From Eledone cirrhosa (Eukaryota), in assembly GCA_964016885.1 (NCBI GenBank), contig OZ024740.1:166532001-166596000 (forward strand): a DNA stretch of 64,000 nucleotides. Direction: 5' to 3'. The position numbers and the translations under genes were made by a program. Shown in pieces: positions 56,364-64,000 of the stretch. Positions within the stretch are counted from its first letter, which is position 1; each line of letters opens with the position of its first letter. The notes under the pieces were generated by a model. The model searched no databases and had not been told where the DNA came from. It was given only the letters and a program-made list of their open reading frames with translations.

Positions 56364-56812
56364 CATATACACACACATACACATATACATACACACACAC
56401 ACACATATGTGTGTGTACAAGCCTACACATACACACACACATATATATACACACACATATACATACATTCACACAAACATACAACGTACATACATACATA
56501 CACATACATGAATGCACTCCACTACATATTAACACACGCAAATAAATATAAGAAAAAAATATATATAAATAATATTAACAAATATTTGACAGCGATACAT
56601 GCCCCAGCTAACAGGACAGACACGCGTGGTAAGTAATACACACATAAGCGCATATACATACGTTCGAAATAGTAAACACATACACACACTCTCACACATA
56701 AATATACATATACAAATACATAAACACGTACATACACATACATACGCAAACACGTACACGTATACAATATAAACACACACATGTATATGTAATTATATAC
56801 ACACACACACAC

Positions 56813-56857
<45 letters not shown>

Positions 56858-57137
56858 CAAAATATAAAAATATAAACGCACACACACATATAAATACGTA
56901 AACACACATATACATACATAGCTAAACAATTATACACATGCAAATACGTATATATCAAAAGAACGCACAACCAAATACAAACACACACACATATATACAC
57001 ACACACACACCCACACACAAACCCACACATACATAAAAATAAATAAAAACACACGCAACATATACATACATACACATACATATACATATATACATATATA
57101 CATATACATATATATATATACACATACATATACACAA

Positions 57138-57171
<34 letters not shown>

Positions 57172-58033
57172 ACGTACACATACACACATGCATACACATA
57201 CACACACACATATACATGTGTGTATGTGTAAAGCTCAGTATTAGATAAGACAAATGAACCTTACATAAACGTATATATAGTAGTAAAGTAATAAAGCCAT
57301 ACAAGGCAATTAATCCATTCACCAGAGGTTTCTTAAAAGCAAAAAAAGTTTCCTTCAATCTTCAGAATGAAATATACAAATATATACACACATACAGACA
57401 CGCACACACACATATATATATATACATATATATATATATATGTACATATATATATATATATATATACAGACATATATACATACACACATATACACACACA
57501 TACATATACATACATACATACACATATATATACATACACAAACATACACGTACACATATACATATATACACACAAAAATACATACACATACACATAGGTA
57601 TGTGAAGGGCAAAACAAAAAGAATATATGGGGTGGGGGGCCTAGAGGAGGTAAAAATATAAAGGGAGGTAAGGGAGAAAAAAATATTTTTTAAAAAAAAC
57701 AAGAGTACAGAAGGTAGAAGCAGCAAAATAAAAGCCGTAGCAAAAGTAAAGAGCAGAGAAGGAGTTCAAGGCGGTTGATTTTATCGTAGGAGTGTCAATC
57801 CAGTTACAGATCAGATGCGATTTCAGATGAGGACAGCATCTGAAGATCTCAGTCTTAGAGTTAAGGCAAGCGGAAGTGTCTCTCAAGTTTAGCAAAATCC
57901 TATACTTTTCTGTGGTACACAAAGAACAATTCTTTGTGCCCCTTTGGTACTCCCTCGAATGGTCTAATATAGACCAATCAATAGAGTACGGGATATTACT
58001 ATCCTTGAGATCCCATACCTTACTTGCGAGGGC

Positions 58034-58946
58034 ACTTCAATTTATTATAATAAATTTATAAATTTAGGAATTTATAAATTTTCGGTTGGTTGGTTGGTTC
58101 CACAACCAGATGAGTGCTTATATTGTCAAAGTTTTTAGTCACACATTCTGTGACCTCTTCAGTGACTGGGGATTATTTTCTTTGTTTTTGTGCCTCTTCT
58201 TTGTTCTGTCCTACGCCATCTTGTTTTTGTGTGTGTGCTGTGTGCTTAGTTTGCGCATGTGTTACATCCGGGTGTCTGTGTGTGTTTATATTCGTTTATT
58301 TATTTGTTTATTTACATTTTACTGGTTGGTTTTTTGTTCTATGTGCGTGTGTGTTTTCATTTTGTCCTTAATTTTAAGTTGTGATGTTGCTGTTCCACTC
58401 ATGTTTTCTATTTAATTTTGGTTGGATTTCGTTTATGTTTATTGTCTCTGTGATTTGTCTAAACATTGCGTCTTTTCTGTGTGTAGATTCTACACACAGA
58501 AAAGACGCAATGTTTAGACAAATCACAGAGGCAATAAACATAAATGAACTCCAACCAAAATTAAATAGAAAACATGAATGGAATAGCAACATCACAACTT
58601 ACAATTAAGGACAAAATGAAAACACACACACACATAGAACAAACGACCAACCAGTAGCATGTAAATAAACAAATAAATAAACAAATATAAACACACACAG
58701 ACACCCGGATGTAACACATGCGCAAACTAAGCACGCAACACACACAAAAACAAGATGGCGTAGGACAGAACAAAGGAGAGGCACACAAAACAAAGAAAAT
58801 AATCCCCAGTCACTGAAGAGGTCACCGAATGTGTGACGAAAGAACTTTGACAATATAAACAATCATCTGGTTGTGGAACCAACCAACCAACCAACCGGAA
58901 ATTTATAAATTCCTAAATTTATAAATTTATTATAATAAATTGAAGT
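58034..58946. mobile_element. 913-bp palindrome built from a PLE 3' end (centre 58488), with an HHR at 58809-58851(+)
   Basis: Arms of ~455 bp with scattered mismatches. They encode RQITEAININELQPKLNRKHEWN, homologous to the C-terminus of the 37189 ORF. GTCA-CTGAAGA-G-GTCAC-cgaatgt-GTGAC-GAAA-GAACTT-TGAC. Confidence 0.92.
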
Positions 58947-60097
58947 TCCAACTGGTGCGTGTGTTTCTTATTGGCAACATGACCCTCCCAAAGTATAACA
59001 GTATCGGTTTGAACACACGTTTTCAGATAAAAAATCTTGCTAAACAAATTCAGAAATGATATATATATATATATATATACCCATACACATATATATAAAT
59101 AGATCTGTGTGTTTATGTGTGTGCATGTGTGTGTGTATATGTGGTTGTCGCTTTATAATTTAGTATTTTATGTGCGTTCCTTTTGCTCGAAAATATATTG
59201 ATATATACGACAACAAAGTAGGTGAAAAAGAAAATAGAAATATTACAAAAGAACGAAACGAATGACAAAAACACATGAAATAAAAGAAAGTAATGATAGA
59301 AAATGTAAAGTAAGAACATTCTCAACTAGTTTGAGAGAGCAGAATTTGTAACATAGTCAATTACAGCTTCCAAGTAAATTTTTTCTGACAGCAAAAAGAT
59401 TTATAGCAACCAGACCAACAGAGAGAGAATCTAAAGGAGAGGAAGCAAAGGTAAAACCGATATAATTCCTCAAATTTACAGACGAATGTTTTCTCGGCCA
59501 TATTTGTTTTAATCGTTGTTTTTGTCGTCGCCATATTTGTCATTGTTGTTGTAGCTTTAGCTTCATTTTTGATGTTGCTTTTGTTGTTGTTGATGATGCT
59601 GTTGTTGTAGTTATATGTTATTAGTCTTACAAGACAATAGCAAGCATTTTCTTTGATCCAACAAAAATGACACTGCATCCCCATATGAATTACGTAGTGT
59701 TTCTTTCAAAGTGTTCAAAGAAGACAGTTGAAATAATTTTTCATTTATTTTATATTATTTTATATATTCTTTTGTGATTATTTTATTTCACTTATTTCTT
59801 TATATATTCATGTTTAAATATATCAATGGCGGCATTTGTTTGAGCTCTTGATAGTAAATGAGAGTAAAATACCTTTGTGGGCAGGTGAATAATATGATAA
59901 TATATGGTGTGAGCGTGAATAACTGAAATATCAACACACATACAGTTACACACGCACACACACATACACACACACAGACACGCTCTCATACACACACCCA
60001 CACACACATACACACACATCCACATATATATATGTATATAATTATAGCAGCAAAATAGAAGAAAGATAACCAATCATAATAATGATTTCTTATATAG

Positions 60098-60298
60098 GGA
60101 TAATAAGGCTAGCAATGTTGGGGGAGGGAAAAGTCGATTAAATCGACCGCAGTACATGACTGGTACTTACGTAATTTTATCGACTCCGTAACGATGGAAG
60201 GCAGAGTTAACCTTGGCGGGATTTGAACTCAGATCTTAAATGGCCGTAACTCAATGCTGCAAAGCATGGCGTCCGGCCCTCTACCAATACTGCCAATC
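60098..60298 (-). mobile_element. tRNA/MESC SINE, older subfamily
   Basis: Reverse complement of the SINE with a different 3' tail (GGTCGATTTAATCGAC). Confidence 0.8.
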
Positions 60299-61426
60299 CA
60301 CCACCAAATAATAATTATAATAATCAGAAGAAGACGAAAATAAGTAGATGATGATGATGATGATAATGATGATGATGATGATGAGGAGGAGGAGGAGGAG
60401 GAGGAGAAGGAGAAGAAGAAGAAGAAGAAGAAGAAGAAGGAGGAGGGAAGTTTAAGTTGAAAACGACAATAAGAGAATATATAATACGACAACGAAGGAT
60501 AATTGGGAATTTTAGCATATATGCTTTGTTCAGTTTTTAAATAAGTGAATAATTGCACCCCAGCGGGAATCGAACCCGTATTAAAAAGGAATCTTGCGTG
60601 AAAGGTGCTAGTTGCAGTGAAAATAATGATAGCACTCTAGTAGTAAATTCTAGGAGAAATTCATGAGAGATTGATTGAATGATGTATTAAATTTCTAGAT
60701 TCTTATTTCCAAAAATAACTCGATTGTCAAAATTGGAATGCTTTTAATGCTAGGCATTGGCTACACGCGGATGTGAAGCCTCGCGAGTTGTAATGGCTCT
60801 TCTAGCGTCTCTCCTTCATCTTCCTCTGTTGAAATGCCATGTCTATTCAGTCCGCCGCGTTAGCGGGGCAGCCAGCGCGTGGGGACCTATTTGCTTACAA
60901 TAGTGAGAGATGGTGAGACCGGGAGAGACGGAGGCAGTGGTAGTTTGGTTCCATTGTGTTCAGACCTGGTATATACGTATATATTTACTTACCACACATC
61001 ATTAACTAACTAAGAACAATTGAAGAGTAACTGTACCTAGTTACAACTGGTTACTTACTACTGTCAGACATTTAAAGGTGATTACAGTAATGATATTGTT
61101 TATTAAAGGAAATTTCTGTTTATATATGAAAACTGAATTGGTTAAATTGTGGCTAAAGGTCATACAGTTTAAATGTTAAGAAATATGACGATATATCATT
61201 TGAAAGCTAGGGCAAATTTTTTCGATCAACCATATATTTATTTAATGAAATGTATTTCGAGATATATGTGTATGCGTATTTCTAAGAATATATCCATATA
61301 TGCATTTGTATGTATATATATGTATATATCTGCTTGCACAAATGGTCAAAAGGCAAGAAAAAGTTCATGTTTGATGACACTGATCTGTGAAATCCCAGTG
61401 TAACAAAACTCATTTTCTTTACAGAA

Positions 61427-61468
<42 letters not shown>

Positions 61469-61559
61469 GGTGTGGGATGAGTGTTTGTATGAGTCCTGGG
61501 TTCAATCAGGGGTAAGCAGAGTAAGTAAGGTACTGAATACGTTAGTATATTGTAAACAT

Positions 61560-61867
<308 letters not shown>

Positions 61868-62089
61868 ATGCGAAGAAATACCTATGATGGCTAGTAGATC
61901 ACTGATGATGGATAGCCCTGGCTTCTCTTTCTATTTTATATATATATATACTTTCTTTGAAATATTCTTGATGAGATTAAAATGTAATCGTGTGTTTAAA
62001 CGGATGTTGCTATAAATCTGTTGTGTCCTTATTTCTACCGTTCCCACTGATCATGGAACAGACAGGAAGAGAATGGTTAGGGCAGGGAG

Positions 62090-64000
62090 CAGGGCCGGAT
62101 TAAAACCTTTAGAGGCCCTAAGCACTAAAAATGTTGGTGCCCCCATACATTTGTAGATCAAAACATAAACAATAATATATGGTAAATTAAAGTTTTATTT
62201 ATTGAAATTTCAAAATACAGCAAAAGATAGAGAAAGAGAGAAAATCATTTCATTTATTGAATAATCTTTTCCTGCTTTTTTTTCTTGCAAAGACTTTGAT
62301 CAGATCTTCGTAACCAATCTTGCGTAACACATCTGCTTCTATACACAATAGGGATAATGCATCCAGCCTGTATTGTTGCATGGCTGTTCTGAAGGGATAT
62401 TTAATATATTTCAACCGCTGAGCAGTTAGTAACCATTAATATTAAAAACATACGAAAGGCTATGTCTACATTTGGAAAGGCACACTCAATATTGTCTTTT
62501 ACAATAATTTTATAAAGTTCACCATGATTAAATCTTGTTTTTACATTTTCTGTTCTACTCATCTTATTTCGCACATATAAATGAAACTGCTGAAGCTCAG
62601 CTGAGAAATTACTATTGAAGTCCTCTGAATAAGCATCGATCAACTTTTGACAGTACTGAGAATACCTTTCAATATTAGTATCTGATGGAGTGCCTATATT
62701 TGGCACATCACTAAGAAAAGAACATTTCTCTGCCATTTCTTTGTGTATCTCTCCTCTTCTTTCCATCTCAGCTGCAAGTTTGTCAACAGTTGTGTAAAAT
62801 GTGGTGATACGAAACTTATCCCTGGCATCTAAATAAACTTCTGCTGTATCTCCGTCATTGGCTACTTTTTTTCTAATACGTTTGCGAGTTGCAGTTGTCC
62901 TGTAATCAACATCTGGAAGAATTTCCTTGGCCGCTTTTTCATATCTTTCAAATTCATCTCGTGAGGTGTTCAGTTGGTCAGCTAATGATACATAGAGATC
63001 TGCACATGTCTTTAAGTTCGCAACCTCATTTTTAGAACTTTGCTTACTCTGTGAAAATTCTGCAAAATCTCATTCCAAAAAATCAACATAAAAACGAATT
63101 TTAGCTCTTGCATCTTATCAACAATATTATTTGCCTCCCTTCTAACGTCTCCCTTTTGTGATTGATCTTCAGCTATATATTCTAATGCCTCGGAAATCTC
63201 AGAGAACGATTTCAAGATTGCTGCGGTGCCATAGCAGGTGCTTCCCATCTTGTATCAGAGAGGGATTTCAAGACACATTCATTCTTAATACAATCTTTGA
63301 GAATTTTCCAATGGTTAGTGGAAGCGGAAAAAATTATAAAGTAACAGTACTGTAGAGAAAAAAATTTACCAGCCTCTTGACAGCAGACCGACCAACACGA
63401 TTTAATTAATGAGCTGCACAGGGCACATATATAGCAAACTTGTTTGTTTCTAAAAGTTGTTGCTGCATCCCCTTATATCGCCCAGACATGTTAGCAGCAT
63501 TGTCATAAGTATGACCCCTACATTTTGAAACATTTAACCCAGAAGCTTCACGTAAATGCAGCAGTACCTGGTTCGCCATATTCTCGCCAGTGTGGTTTTC
63601 TATTATGATGAAGGTTAAAATCGTTCAATAGGCTGTCCATCTTGTAAATACCTAAGTACAACACTCAATTGATCGCTATGTGATAAATCCGGTGTTGAAT
63701 CAACGTACAAACTAAAATAACCAGAAGATTTAACTTCGTTAATAATGAACTCCCGGACCTTTTGTGCCATTAGTTGAATAATTTCCTCGATAGTGGTTTT
63801 TGACATGTAAGAAGGATTTCCTTTTCCAGAATTTCGATATTTAGAAATGTGGCCTGCTAAAAATGGATCAAACTGGCTTATGAGTTCAAGCAGCCCTAAA
63901 AAATTCCAATTTTGCAACGATCTAAACTTCTCTTCACTTCCTCGAAAAGCAAGCCACATTAAGCTAACGTACAAATAGCAGCTACGAAACGCCTCAAAAC
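62090..64000 (-). mobile_element. Decayed hAT DNA transposon (Tip100/ZMYM1-like transposase), continuing beyond the window
   Basis: LAFRG..NFLGLL, YFSLYVDSTPDLSHSDQLSVVLRY, TYDNAANMSG, CAAH, LSDTRW, LMVTNCSA. Stops and frameshifts. Terminal CAGGGCCGGATT at 62090. Confidence 0.9.

Larger units (their letters stand above)
51435..58033 (-). mobile_element. Hydra-type Penelope-like element in partial-tandem form, with ~2.3-kb direct pseudo-LTRs (51435-53743 and 55724-58033)
   Basis: Near-identical direct repeats (offset ~4289) that include the GIY-YIG tail. RT and endonuclease ORF lie between them. Confidence 0.93.

Noticed and set aside
60555-60585. tRNA T-arm (GGGTTCGATTCCC on the minus strand)
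   Set aside because: Only a B-box-like fragment, with no D-arm or anticodon arm.

Overview
This is an AT-rich, microsatellite-saturated eukaryotic intergenic or intronic window. It is most likely from an octopod cephalopod, inferred from the Octopus-type tRNA/MESC-core SINE. No convincing host protein-coding gene is visible, and most ORF-track entries are (TA)n/(CA)n read-through. The window is dominated by Penelope-like retroelements (PLEs) of several families: an apparently intact RT+GIY-YIG ORF (37189-39990), a near-intact Hydra-type element with 2.3-kb pseudo-LTRs (51435-58033), a decayed Neptune-like copy interrupted by a mariner, and many 3'-end fragments. It also holds RTE-type LINEs (one with a 5' inversion), a CRE-like endonuclease relic, SINEs and a decayed hAT transposon. 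The main unannotated structure is a dense set of about 20 intact or degenerate hammerhead-ribozyme (HHR) motifs, found by eye at PLE ends. These include a six-copy family with a conserved CAGAAGA core variant and HHRs with 70-80 nt inserts in stem II. They often sit in fold-back (palindromic) mini-elements inserted in (TA)n. A separate class of (TA)n-centred perfect palindromes is also present. All RNA structures were paired by hand and none has been tested.
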